A DNA stretch of 64,000 bases from Eremomyces bilateralis CBS 781.70. Taxonomy: Eukaryota. The notes below the pieces were generated by a model. It worked only from the letters and a program-made list of their open reading frames with translations. It searched no databases and was not told the DNA's origin. Both the position numbers and the translations under genes were made by a program. The stretch lies in the NCBI GenBank assembly GCA_010015585.1, contig ML975158.1, one strand, 5' to 3'. Below, one piece after another: positions 25,501 to 37,303 of the stretch. Every line of letters starts with the position of its first letter. Within the stretch, counting starts at the first letter, position 1.

Positions 25501-26284
25501 ATGGGTCTTGTCGTCCTCCCCGCATTGATTCCCGATATCGAGAAGATTTATGATGTCTACTTTTCCGCCTTCGGCAACGATGAAATGGGCTCCATCATGG
25601 TTGACGTGCTCTTCCCGTCTGGGGTAAACGCGGAATTCCGAAAAGCACACACCGCCGCTACCCTGGACTGGTGGCACAAGAACCTCGTGCAGTACACAGT
25701 GAAGTGCGTTGATACCGATACAGGCGAGATCGTCGGCATGGGACTGGGAGACTTGTACCTCACCGAGCGGAGTGAGGAGGAAAGGAAGAACGGAGGAGTG
25801 CCGTGGTTGACGGGCAAGGAGAGAGAGAGAGCCGAGGCGATTCTGGACCCCTTATGGGCGGTGAAAGAGAAGTTGTTAGGTGGCAATCGACACATGTGTA
25901 AGTCCTCCTTTCCCGGTGGTTGGCGTGGCCACCTCCCAAGTGAGAATATCCCATTCTTTTTCTAATCAGTCCATAGACTGCCATGTCATCGGAGTCACTC
26001 CAGAGCATCAAGGGCGGAGAGGGGGCGTCCTTCTTACGGAATGGGGCATGGAATTGGCGGAGAGATCTGGGGTGCCACTTTATTTTGAATCGTCCCCGAG
26101 CACGTTGGCCTTTTATCAGAAGCTGGGTTTCGAGACTCTCTCTGAGAAAATCGTGCACAAGAAGGAGTTGCTTGGCACGGAGAACGATATTGAGGTTCCT
26201 CTGATGGTCAAGATGCCTTCAGCTGCTGGAGGTATGACCTTTGAGGAGTGGCGTGCCAAGGGATACCCGAAGGGCTACAAATGA
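25501..26284 (+). CDS. GNAT-family N-acetyltransferase
   Basis: Motif A VTPEHQGRRGGVLL and YFESSP..FYQKLGF. Intron 25898-25976 joins HM|YCHVIGV. Confidence 0.88.
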
Positions 26285-26647
26285 AGAATGAATTGGTTGA
26301 CGAGAGCGGATCGATGGAATTGGAATGAATGCAACCGATATTGTTAGATATCAGCAGGTGTCTGAATGCCCCAACAACGGTAGCAACCACTGACTTTAAT
26401 AGCGAGCGCTTCTTTCTGTGTGTAATGCAAGATTATCATGAGCCTTGGTTGGTGCAACTCACACTGTATCCACTGTGGTTCCTCCAGGTTTATTGGCAGC
26501 AGAGACTACTTATATACGTACTATGCAAAGGCTTACGGGGTTACCGACCCCTGCTCCTCATGGTCCTGAAATAAGCAATAGATATTCCATCTGTAGATTG
26601 AAGAGGCATTACATCATTCCAAGTTCCAACCCTGTGAATGAGTGCGG

Positions 26648-26656
26648 ATCAGATAA
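26648..26656. promoter_or_regulatory. Orphan ATCAGATAA box downstream of the GNAT gene
   Basis: Exact consensus followed by a variant GATCAGACAA; no gene start recognised nearby. Confidence 0.4.
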
Positions 26657-27000
26657 CGTGGATCAGACAAGGGACTCTCTGGCCTCTGTAGATCCTGTGG
26701 GCCGTATTCAGCGTTCAGGGGGATTCATCATTCAACGAACTCGAAGCGAATTCAAGAAACACACTTAGGCATAGGGTTAGTCTAAGAAAGGCGTAGGCTC
26801 TTTATTGCAGTGATGCCATGGTGTGTCACAGGTGAGAAGACCGCAGACGGCCACGCCCATAACTTGTGAAGGGAGTACCTATGACTTCTAGACCATGGTA
26901 CTAACTAAAGGAGGATAGCTACCTACTTTCCTGTAAGACAAGTTCGATTCTTCCTTGGCTTCGTTTTTGCCGTCCGACCTTTCGACACTGCCTCCACAAG

Positions 27001-27342
27001 TGGGGCTTTTGAAAACCGCTACCTAGGTAGGACTTTTGAGAACTGCCACCTACAATAGTCACCCCTTTTCAAAACCACCCAGGTGGGACTTTTGAGAACC
27101 GCCACCCTTTTTCCAGACCACCATACGTATGGGATTTTTAAGAACCTGCCCCCCCTTTTCAAAACTGTCATACGTATGGGACTTTTGAAAAGCTGCCGCC
27201 CCTTTTCAAAACCACCACCTAGGTGGAACTTTTGAGAGCTGCCGCCCCTTTTGAAAACCGCCACCCAGGTGATACTTTTGAGAACTGTCACCCCCAAAAG
27301 TCCCACCTGTGTGGTGGTTTTGAAAAGGGCTGACAGTTCTCA
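27001..27342. repeat. Degenerate ~46-bp minisatellite (~6 copies) ending in an inverted copy
   Basis: Unit ~GTGGGACTTTTGAGAACTGCCGCCCCTTTTCAAAACCACCACCTAG starting at ~27027, 27083, 27127, 27174, 27223, 27269; 27295-27342 is the reverse complement of the unit. Confidence 0.9.
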
Positions 27343-29623
27343 TAGATTCTAGGAAATAAGTTTCAGTGATTTCAGTAAAACTATTTTTACAGGGAAAGGA
27401 ACCAACACCTTTCTTCCTGTGGCAAGGCTCTTTTCCGGGCCAACCGTTGAATTCGCCGTCGGGCTAGCTTCCATCAGTGTTTCCAACATGGCCACATGTC
27501 TAGATTCAACTTCTTCTTGACGATGATGACCCATCAGAACGACTCCATCGTCGGTGAACGGTTAAAGTAGCTGATCAAGATAACCAACAGGGCCGTCCTC
27601 TCTCATCTGGTCCCTCAAAGTTCCATATCGGACGTTCACCTGCACCAGTGGTGAGGCTTCGAACCCTACTAGGTGACCAAGGCATGCCAGTATATTCGAA
27701 TCCAGCGTTGCAACTCACTCCTGCGAATGATACATTGGAGACATAGTCTTTCGCAAGGGGCACCTCGCGGGATTCCCAGTTTTGTGAGGCGCTCCCGGGG
27801 ACAGGTCGGAATTCGGCCGCGCCATGCGAAGCGAGAAGTACCAGAGTAATTCAGTCCCACGCGAGGTGACTATGGGCCTATGAGGGTGTTGCTGTCAAAT
27901 CTACCCAACTACGCTATATCCCCAAAAGGGACGCCCTCCTATGGATCTAGGAGAAGGGTAGGTATAGCAAGGTTCGACAGTTGCCAGCCATGGGCCTCTC
28001 GCGTTTAGATGCCTCAATCTCTTCTGATTCTCGTTTCGGCCTGGGTGCATTATAGCGTTGCGAACCACGGTTGAGCTTGGTGCTCCCAGGCACCGATGAA
28101 GCTCTCCTGAATGCGACTTGTAAAGTGACATTGTGATGCAACGACCCTTGTGAGAACCATTTCCGGTCCACCTAAGTCGAAGCCCTCTATCGGTTTCAAG
28201 ATTCATGTGTCGAAGTCAAACTAAGCTCACCGCTAGTAGTATCGCTTTCCATACATCGTATATTATGCCAACGGCCACATTTGGTGCTTAATGCTGCGTT
28301 CCCATGGTTCTTGACAGGGGCAAAGTCCACAACAGATCTTTTCTCCCTTCTCAACACGATTCGTGTCTTTTATGATAACATGGGCCCCCGTAGGTGACAA
28401 GGCTGGAAATGGGGTCGATTACGAGTGGCCGTTATGACGGGAAAGGCAGCCTTGCCAGCGGTGCGTGTCGTCACTAAGCGAGGGTTGGACCGAAGGTAAT
28501 GAAAATGAAAAGTATCCTGATCACAAAAATGGCAGAGATATCGCGAGGGATTGGGGATCATGAAGATATTATCCAGCTCTTTGTCAATGGTGTCAGAACG
28601 AGAGTCAAGGAGGCTGATCAGTGTTCCATAATCTGATTCACTGTTCTTAAAGGAAGTCAAAGAATGATAGACAATTATCAACTTTGGATATGGTTTGGAC
28701 GAAACCTCGCGGTCTTTCAAGGGCCCTGATTCATTGACCCTGGAGCGTCTCGGGAGAAGAGAGAGACATAAAGAATATCTGTCTCGACACCAGTGTCAGC
28801 GAGATCTGTGTTGTGAGGTCTTCCCCAGCAGATGTCTCACTATCAGTGCTCACTTGTGTCGCAGCTCAGAATACCAACAAGTATAACTATGATACTGGAC
28901 TCATATCGTGAACAAATAATTGTCCGGTGGAGAGACATACCGAATGGTGGCTTGTTGAGCCTCGCGAAGTCAGAGTCGTCGGATGAGAGTTGCCCTGAAC
29001 CACATACCCAGTGTTTCAAAACCGCAAAATCATTACCTTGTTTCATGCTAGCCTCCTCCTGTCTCGCTAGGAATGAATGAGTGGCGTTTCATGCTCGTCA
29101 ATTGCGGAAGATCGTCCCAGGAGTGGGCCTTGATGGACTGTACTTCCACAAGTCCAAGTGGTAGAGGTTTCGACGCGATGACTGGAGCCTCCACACCACT
29201 ACCGACACGATGAACTGCACTGTGGACGAGATTATTGTAGCAAGAGTTGTAATTATCTCTTGTAGAGCGTCATGACGAGCAGTTCGGAGCAGTTCAGAAC
29301 AGTTCAGACAGACATGGAGAGGGATCTTGGCATCAAATTGAATTGGCAACGTACAGGAATCAATGCGTGATGTCTAAGCCCGATTTCATATCTTTCCCTA
29401 TCTGAAAAGTGACTTTTATCTGCTATCCCAACGACGGTTTTCTCCCAGTGTCACCCAGCGGGACTATCCAGTTTGCGGGAAAGGTGTGGGAGAATGAAAG
29501 AGGAGACGCCAGGAAGTACCCGATGTGGAGGCGGCATGATCCTGCTCGCTCGACTTACTATTGTTTCGCCGGTGCCCAGTAAACGCCATGTGCAACACCA
29601 TCTATTACCCTTTGCCTTTGAAA

Positions 29624-30494
29624 TCACGAAGTTCCATTTGTCCCGTCCTCGACAGCTATGTCGCCCGCTAGCACCTTGGTCTGGGGAGCCTCGCCTTGAT
29701 ACGGTCCACCCCCAGGCGTCACGGACGTGGGATTTCCAGCTTCATCCACGAACTCGAAATTGTATCGCGATAGCAGATGGGGGATTGCAGACAGTTGCGG
29801 ACCGTACCTCGCGGTATTGTCGTACAGTTCGAATAGAGGAACGGCAAGGAGCTTCATGTTCTTCGGAACGCTGAGGACCTCTGCAGAAAGGTTAGCCAAA
29901 TAATTTTCTAATGTTCGGTATACATATGCCGTATCAGCATGCAGATAACTTACTGCTCCGAGGGAGTTGGATGAAGTACAGCTTCTTGCACTCCTTTGGC
30001 CGCGTAACATGCGCCGGGATGAATGGGTACATGAACGTCTCGAAGTTCGGTCGATACCACTGCGCCAGCGTATCGCCAATCTGCCATTCATCGTTCACAC
30101 CCTCGCCGGAGAATTGACTTCCGACCGGAGCCAATCGCTCATTCAAGCGGGCCTTGAACCCTTCGACCTCGTCATCTTCGGGCCGAAGATAGTCGCCAGG
30201 CAGTTTGAAGAATGCGTTGGCAATCTGCAACATCAGGATATGCGGATGGTTGTGCTCGTGGCACACCAGAATCCCTTCACAGGTTCGTCGCATGCCATGG
30301 TGCTTGTAGTGCTCTTCTAGTCGAGTGAGCCTAGCAACGACCGAGGGGTCCTCTTCTGGTTGGTTCTCCTTCGTGCCGAAAGTGTAGTTGCTGAGAGGGT
30401 ACAGCCTAATGGTAGTCGGTTGATTCGCATTGAAGGATTTGGGGAGGATGGGGGGCTGGGAGCTTTGGACAGCTGTTTCTGTGACGGTCGACAT
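29624..30494 (-). CDS. NUDT21: Cleavage factor Im 25 kDa subunit (CPSF5)
   Basis: LYPLSNYTFGTKE, HEHNHPHILMLQI..FFKLPG, WYRPNFETFMYP, LLAVPLFELYDN..YGPQLSAIPHLLSR. Intron 29881-29953. Confidence 0.96.
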
Positions 30495-30996
30495 GTTTAG
30501 CTGAAGAGGCTCGCAATAGGTTGATTGATGGATATAGTGAAGGTCTTTCCAAAGATTATAGTAAAATCATGGCGGATAAACTTGCCAGGCAGATGGCTAC
30601 ACGTTACAGTCTGGGAGTGATATCGAGACATCGTCAACACCTTGTTGCCGGGGATGTGCCACGTGACCGGATATTTGATGGAACTGTTGATTCTGCAGCT
30701 CAGCGATTTAAATTTAGCGTTCTGAGTCCAGAACATGCACTTTGAAAAAGGCAGGTTACAGTAGTAACGCTAAGGTTGACTAAGTGGAACGACCTCCAAG
30801 CAAGAGAAATTATTGTGTCTCATGATCTACTGGTATATTTGGAATTCCTGTGAATCAGTGATGCTTTGAGGAAAACACTTCAGGTCCTTCAATTACTTGG
30901 TGTCGGTGAAGCTCTTTGTTCCACAGAATCGCTAGAGAGTTGTATTCTCTCGCTTTCTTTATTCACCTTAAACCATCAAAGTCAGCCATAATCAAC

Positions 30997-32219
30997 ATGT
31001 CTTCGCCCGTAATCACTATTGTGGGCTCCCTCAATGCCGACCTAGTTACGAGGACCCCTCGTTTCCCCAATCCGGGGGAGACCATAACGGCGCACGCCTT
31101 CTCGACCGGCTGCGGGGGCAAAGGCGCGAACCAAGCTGTCGCTGCTGCGCGACTCTCCGGCACGCCTGGCAAACAGGTGGGAGATGGGTTCGAACCGCCG
31201 GCGGCCGAAGTTCGAATGATAGGGGCGGTTGGGCAGGATCAGTTTGGAACCATGATGCTCGATCAACTGGAAGAAGATCAAATAGATGCGTCCGGCGTGT
31301 TACGAGTCAAAGACTCGACAACGGGGACGGCAAGTATCACAGTGGACGATTCCGGCGAAAATTCGATTCTCGTCGTCCGGGGTGCAAATGGAAGACTACC
31401 GCACGATCGATCCCTATTGAAAGGCGATGAGACCATCGTTTTGTTTCAGCTCGAGGTCGACATTGAAGTGGTAGGCTCAGACAATGCGACGCAATGGCGG
31501 TTCCGGATGGAACTGTGCCATGCTCGACACATGATTTTCCTACGTGGTATCTGACGAATATCAGGTTGAGAAGAACCTCAAAGCCGCTAAGCAGAACGGA
31601 GCCATTGTATGAGTTCCAACGTCGGTTAGGTTGTGCAACCGCTAAGTGATACGCAGACGATTCTGAATCCAGCCCCTGCCGCGAGGCTGTCGGACAGCAT
31701 TCTTAGTAACGTCGACATCCTCGTGTTCAATGAACATGAGATGGCCATCTGCGGGCCGGACCCGGCAGAACTCGGCGAAGACAAAACCCAGAACGGAGCC
31801 GAGTGGTTCATGGCAAGAGGGGTGAAGTATATCGCATTAACACTGGGGTCTAAGGTAGGTAGAGCAGCAATCGTATCTTCACTAGGTCTGACATGATATA
31901 GGGCTCCAAGACGTGGTCATCCAATGGGGAGACTTTTGAGAGCGGAGCTGGGGCCGTCGAAAAGGTGGTGGATACGACAGCGGCCGGAGATACATGGGTG
32001 GGAGCCTTTGCTGTAGTCATAGCACTGGGAGCTGCAAACAGGAAGGAGGCAGGACAGGCGCAGAGCATCAACATGACAACAATTAAAGATGCGGTACGGT
32101 TCGCCCATGTCGCCGCCGGCAAGACGGTGGAACGCAGTGGAGCCATCTCATCGATTCCTCAAGGAAAGGAGGTTCAGGCAGCCTACGAACCGATCCTGAG
32201 GCTCTTGCAGAAATCTTGA
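30997..32219 (+). CDS. RBK1: Ribokinase (PfkB family)
   Basis: VGSLNADL, GGKGANQAVAAARL, ILNPAPA, FNEHE, LTLG, VDTTAAGDTWVG. About three introns, including a 42-nt exon at 31565-31606. Confidence 0.92.
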
Positions 32220-33256
32220 GACGGGTTCAATTCCGTGACACGCACCATTCGATGATAAAGAACGGGCAGGCATTCTCAAGGAACGAGAGAAATGTGGATG
32301 AGAAATGTGGATGAGAAATGCGGGAATGGAACATTTTGCATATGCAGGCGCAGATCCAATTGCTAAATCTTGGTCATTAATTAGTAGAGTAGATATGAGA
32401 CGAGATGAATGGATAGACACGTATGAAAAGTAGGACGCGACGAGACATGGTCAGTGAGCTTCATGACGCACTTCACCAGCACCGGCGATGCCATTTCGTC
32501 TCACGACGGTCAAGGCAGAATGTCGATGCCACGAAGCGCCGACACGAGCCTCACGATCGGCTGGATATCTGCAGCGGGATATGAATGATGGAGCAGAAAG
32601 TTGCCGGGCAGCGAGTAGAAATAAGAAGCTGCATGCGAACACGGTCGTGTGCAAGTCGCGCAACCTTGCAACGGCTTGCATTGGTGTAGCAAAGTACAGC
32701 ATGGGAGAGGAGGGCACAGGATAGTGAGGGTTGCGTGACAGCCAATCCCTCGGGGACTCTGACGATGGCTGTGTTGCTATGGCTGCATCGCTTAAGGGAG
32801 TTGAGGCACAGCCTGGCGTAAAGTATCGACACGATGCAACTCTTCAACGCGTCGCAGCTGGAGCATGGAACCCCCTTAACCCCGATGCGTGTTTAGCGTG
32901 TCGCGTCTATCCGCCATATCATATCATTTCCCTCCCTTCCCCTCATCTTGAGTACGGGATATGCATTTCAATCTTCGTGCATTCTACATTCTTATGATTC
33001 TCCAGAACTACTATTAGAGCAGCATCGCCAGTTGACAGCTCTTTGCAACCCATTCTTATGAGCATCAAGTCCTTCGCTAACCATTTTCACCTCATCTCTA
33101 CTCGCTATTGTGTTTACGCGTGATTCCGATAGCCAAGGCTTGCTGGACTGTCAACAAATTCAATACGCCCGACGACACCTCGTTAACGCGGTGGAAAAGG
33201 CCTCCAAAGATTGATCTTGATTGTCAATTATCTTTCATAACTCGGCTTCGGAAGCA

Positions 33257-34461
33257 ATGGCTACCATTCGACAACCGTTCGCTGAGCTAGGCACTCCTCG
33301 CCTGCAGCAATTGACCAGTATCAAGAACCGTCAGAATGGTATGTGGGACGCTCAAGACTCCGATCCCACCACCCCGTGTCTACAGAGAATATTCGTCCCG
33401 AGTATCCATCCTTACTTACACGTCCATTAGCCCTCACCGAGTCGCTTTGCCAATCTGCTCCAGCGAAGCCGACCATGGCCACATTCGCTTCTCCCGCCAA
33501 AAAGCGGCTGGCACCGCTCGATTTTGATGAGCCGGACACAGAGAACATTGATCCTACGGTTTTCGATTCTCCGAGTAAACGGACCAAGAACATCCACGGC
33601 CGCGCCGTGAAGACGCCCGTCTCCAAATTCACCCTGACGTCCGCGGCTAAGGCGTCCACCCTTCCAAGCTCCAAGTCGCTTTCGTTGTCAATTCCTTCTT
33701 CCACTTCGACTCCAATCAGCACTTCACGTGCTTCGCCTAAACACAAACGCATCGCTCACCTATCTAACCGCCGCGTCTCATCACCCTCCATCCGACGCGT
33801 CGATCCCCCCCGTTCCCGCTTACATGCCCCCGCCGCCACCCTTCCCTTCTCCATTGATGCCGCGCTTTCCGGCACGCTTTCCAAGCCGCCTCCCCCATCG
33901 GAGCCTAAGGAAGTCCCGATGCCAACGTCATGGTTTTTTGACATCCATGTGGACACTCCCGAAGAGGAAGCGTCCAACCTCATGGAACACTCCGCGGCCG
34001 TCCTTGATATCAGCTCCGACGACGATGCGGCCACGCGCCGCAAGCGCGAAGAGCTAGAGGAGCGCGAGCGTGGCAAGGAGAACATCCCGCCACCTGACTT
34101 TGTCGCTGCGGTCGGGAACCGGAACGCGAGGGGTGATGTCGCTGTCGATGCATCTGCAGATCTCCAAGGAGATGCGATCGCGGTAGCCAAAACGGCGAAT
34201 CGGAAGTGGAGGGAGAAGCTCGCTGCAACGGCTATGGACGAGGATCGAAATCCGTTGGGTGATCTGAAGCCGTCGGATTTCTATGATGAAAAGGCAGAGC
34301 TGGTGCACGTCGTTGTCGAGGACAACCAATCTGAGCAACCTTGTGTGGCGTCAAAGGTGGAGGAATTTGAGGGTACCGCTCCGGTAGTCAATGAGGAGGG
34401 AGGCGCCGAGCCGACCAAAATTGCCAAAGGCGAAGAGGTGACGATATTCCAGGATCAGTGA
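33257..34461 (+). CDS. Conserved fungal hypothetical protein (Ser/Pro-rich, WFFDIHVD and GKENIPP motifs)
   Basis: Exon 1 MATIRQPFAELGTPRLQQLTSIKNRQN, intron 33339-33430, then long ORF to 34461. Confidence 0.75.
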
Positions 34462-34910
34462 CGAATCCAATGTATGCTTGGGGCCTGTTTGCAGGGTGTT
34501 TAAACGGCGTTGTTTGGAATATATCAGGCTGGGAGGTATTGTAGGAAGGTAATATCAGTACCGGCGTCACATTTGGTCATAGGGGTTCTTCATTAAAGAC
34601 TGGTTAGCTGGACTACTTTTATCGAATCAAGTTCGTTGAAGCACCACGGATTGAACAGACCGTGTGCCGTCCTAGATCGCCATCCCCTAAGCCATGGGAT
34701 AATTTCATTCAGAGACCCCCGAGCGTCTTCAATGTTTACAGATCGGTCAGATCCAAATCGGTGGCTGACTTTCGCATCGTACATGTGTAGAATCCCAATG
34801 ATACTTGCGTCTATACGTGAGTCCCTTGCCGTCGTCTCTGAGCCTATCGAGCGGCATGAGAAGATCGCTCAACTCCTAGTCTCTTGATGCATCCCCCGGA
34901 TTCAGCTGGT

Positions 34911-35455
34911 TTATTCTAAACTTGTGTACATGTCCATCTCTCGCCCACTTCTTCTCCTCCGCTCGTCAGGGCTCTCACGCACCTCAACACCCGGACCAGC
35001 TCTTCGTGTATCGCTTCGACGGGAGGGGAATACCTGGGGGCGGCGTTGTTAGCTGATGTTGTACCATGGTGTGGCTCAGCGCGTAGCTAGTCAACCCGAG
35101 CGGCCGACTCCGAACAAGAGTGAATCGCTCTCCAAAGGGAACCAGAGAATATTAAGCCGGGGAATCTAACCTTTGTCCGACTCCAACCCAACCGGAAAGC
35201 AATCTCATGAGCAAACAATTCTCCGAATCCCAGCATCAATCCATTTACGAAGGGTAAGAATAAGTTGATCGTGGCACCGCGTATCAAGCCCCACATAGTC
35301 GGGGGATGGTAGAGGATCATGGGCGTGTCATCGTTGCGGTGGGAGGGGGATTCGGAGTGTGGAGATGGGTCGAAGGACGGGTCGTTGGGGTGATTTGCAT
35401 CGTATATCTCGCTGTCAGATGGAATGGTCACAGCGGAATCGGCGAGGTTGGCCAT
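34911..35455 (-). CDS. MIM1: Mitochondrial import protein Mim1/Tom13
   Basis: INLFLPFVNGLMLGFGELFAHEIAFRLGW. Intron 35034-35170; exon 2 VFPSRR..YTSLE*. Confidence 0.93.
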
Positions 35456-36054
35456 GGTGCGGATCGGAGGGAAAGGGAGGTAGAGTTGGAGGGAGAAGCC
35501 GAAGCAGAGACGTAAGGTTACGTTCAAGTGGGGATATGAAGAATGGATATAATGGGAAGCTTAGAACGGGCGAACAAGAGTTCAAGGGAGCCCGAGAGCA
35601 TTCGATGATGTCGGGGAGGTGGAAGTTCAGCATCCCCAGGCATTAATATAAGGCATTCAGGCAGCACCTGACGTCCGTTCGGAGGCTCCTTGCCAGCTCA
35701 ACCTCCTCCGCTTCTGCCCTCTCCGCCCAGTCCATCCAGTCATCCCAACAAGCAAGTGTAGAAAAACCTTAGGAGAGAACCATCGTAACCATACATTGTG
35801 ATATGGAGGTATGCCAATATGCCATATTATCTGGCTATTGCATCTGGCCCTGTATAGAACCGCGACTTGACGGATTGACATTAGATCCTCTCACGACATG
35901 GCAGCTATATTAAGAGATTGGGGTTGGACGATTTGCAACTGGAATTGAATATCTTCATCATGTTACTCTCCTCTGTTTCCATAGAGTCCTATTGCTTTAA
36001 GCCGCATCACCCCCTTTGCATTGCCACGTCTTTTCCGTCATCCACTTCGCGCGC

Positions 36055-36708
36055 TCATCCGAATCGATCATCACAGACCTGACCCATGAGCACAAATAAC
36101 TCCGAGGCCATCTCCGACCCCTTCTCCTTGAACGACTCCTTGCAGCGCCTCCCAAACCAATCCGGATGAAACTTCTTATGATTCTCGACGCCCCATCCCC
36201 AAGCATCATCTCCCCCGCTGTTCAGGAGCGCGATGATATCGTGCTGGCAGGCCCGGATAGCCACCCCTTCCACCGCCTCGGTTCCCGGCCGTTCTGCCAG
36301 GCCGTATTTGAGCACGCGACAAGCAACGATCTGACACCCCTTCTGCGAATGTTTCTGAATGATCTCCTTCGGGAGCGTCGGAAACTCGTCGAGCGAGCTC
36401 ATGGGTGCGTTGAAAGCTTTCTCGGCTTTGCCCACCCATTTCTCGAACATGGAGCCTTTGGTGTACCTTGGTGGTTCACTGGAGCCTTGGATTTCGGATC
36501 CTCGATGGTTCTTATCGAGAGAGACGATGTGAGGCGACACGTAGCCTTCCTTACCGTCAGCGGTCCGGGCAGTGTACCACCACGGGCCTTCCTCTGTTAA
36601 GATGAATATTTTCTGGTCTTTCTTGAGCTTCAGCTCGAATTCATCGCGAGGAGTCCAATTACGTGTTGCTCGGGCAGGATGAGGGGGGTAGAACTCTGGA
36701 GGTGACAT
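36055..36708 (-). CDS. SH3-domain protein with an unknown C-terminal region
   Basis: RATRNWTPRDEFELKLKKDQKIFIL..WWY..GKEGYVSPHIV is SH3-like; C-terminal KKFHPDWF. Confidence 0.7.
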   Translation of the reverse strand: MSPPEFYPPHPARATRNWTPRDEFELKLKKDQKIFILTEEGPWWYTARTADGKEGYVSPHIVSLDKNHRGSEIQGSSEPPRYTKGSMFEKWVGKAEKAFNAPMSSLDEFPTLPKEIIQKHSQKGCQIVACRVLKYGLAERPGTEAVEGVAIRACQHDIIALLNSGGDDAWGWGVENHKKFHPDWFGRRCKESFKEKGSEMASELFVLMGQVCDDRFG

Positions 36709-37303
36709 TCTGCCTTAACCTGTTGTTAGTCACTTGGAGTCAGATTGGATCAACAGTGAGTACCGGATTGTTAGCTTGAGAGTTCAAACAGATGGAGAGG
36801 ATGGTTCGAGGCACGAGAGGGTCTTGTCTGGTCGTCGTTTAGCCTTGCTTCACTGTTGGAAAGCAACCAATGATTGTAAGCAGGCACAATGTGTTTAGTC
36901 GCTTCCTTGAGTGGAGTCGAAGGAGTGAAGTGAGGTCTCAGAATATGAATGATGTTTCAAGCCAGAACAAATATCCCACTGACTGGAAATCATGGATCAG
37001 CTTGCCTTGGTGCTGAATGTTAGAACTACCCATCCCAGATGATTGCGTGCACTTGTTACAGACCAAGAGCATTTGGTCTTACCATTTAAGGAGGGGAATA
37101 CTTTCATACTTGGATGTTCCCTTTCATTTCACTCTCTAAGGATGCCAACTTAGGGCTATTTCATCCTCATTCCTCATCACTCCATCAGGGTACATTTTTA
37201 TTGCCACTGTGACTTCGTCACCCCTTTCTTCCAAATGCATCTTCCCACCTAGTGACGTGCGTAGCTGAAGAGCGAGGCTAGAATCATAAGAACTAGGACC
37301 TGG

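Noticed and set aside
27001..27342. CRISPR-like appearance of the repeat array
   Set aside because: No unique spacers (units are tandem and degenerate), no cas genes, and eukaryotic intron-containing context.
32286..32322. 13-bp tandem repeat GAGAAATGTGGAT after the ribokinase gene
   Set aside because: Short slippage duplication with no functional evidence.
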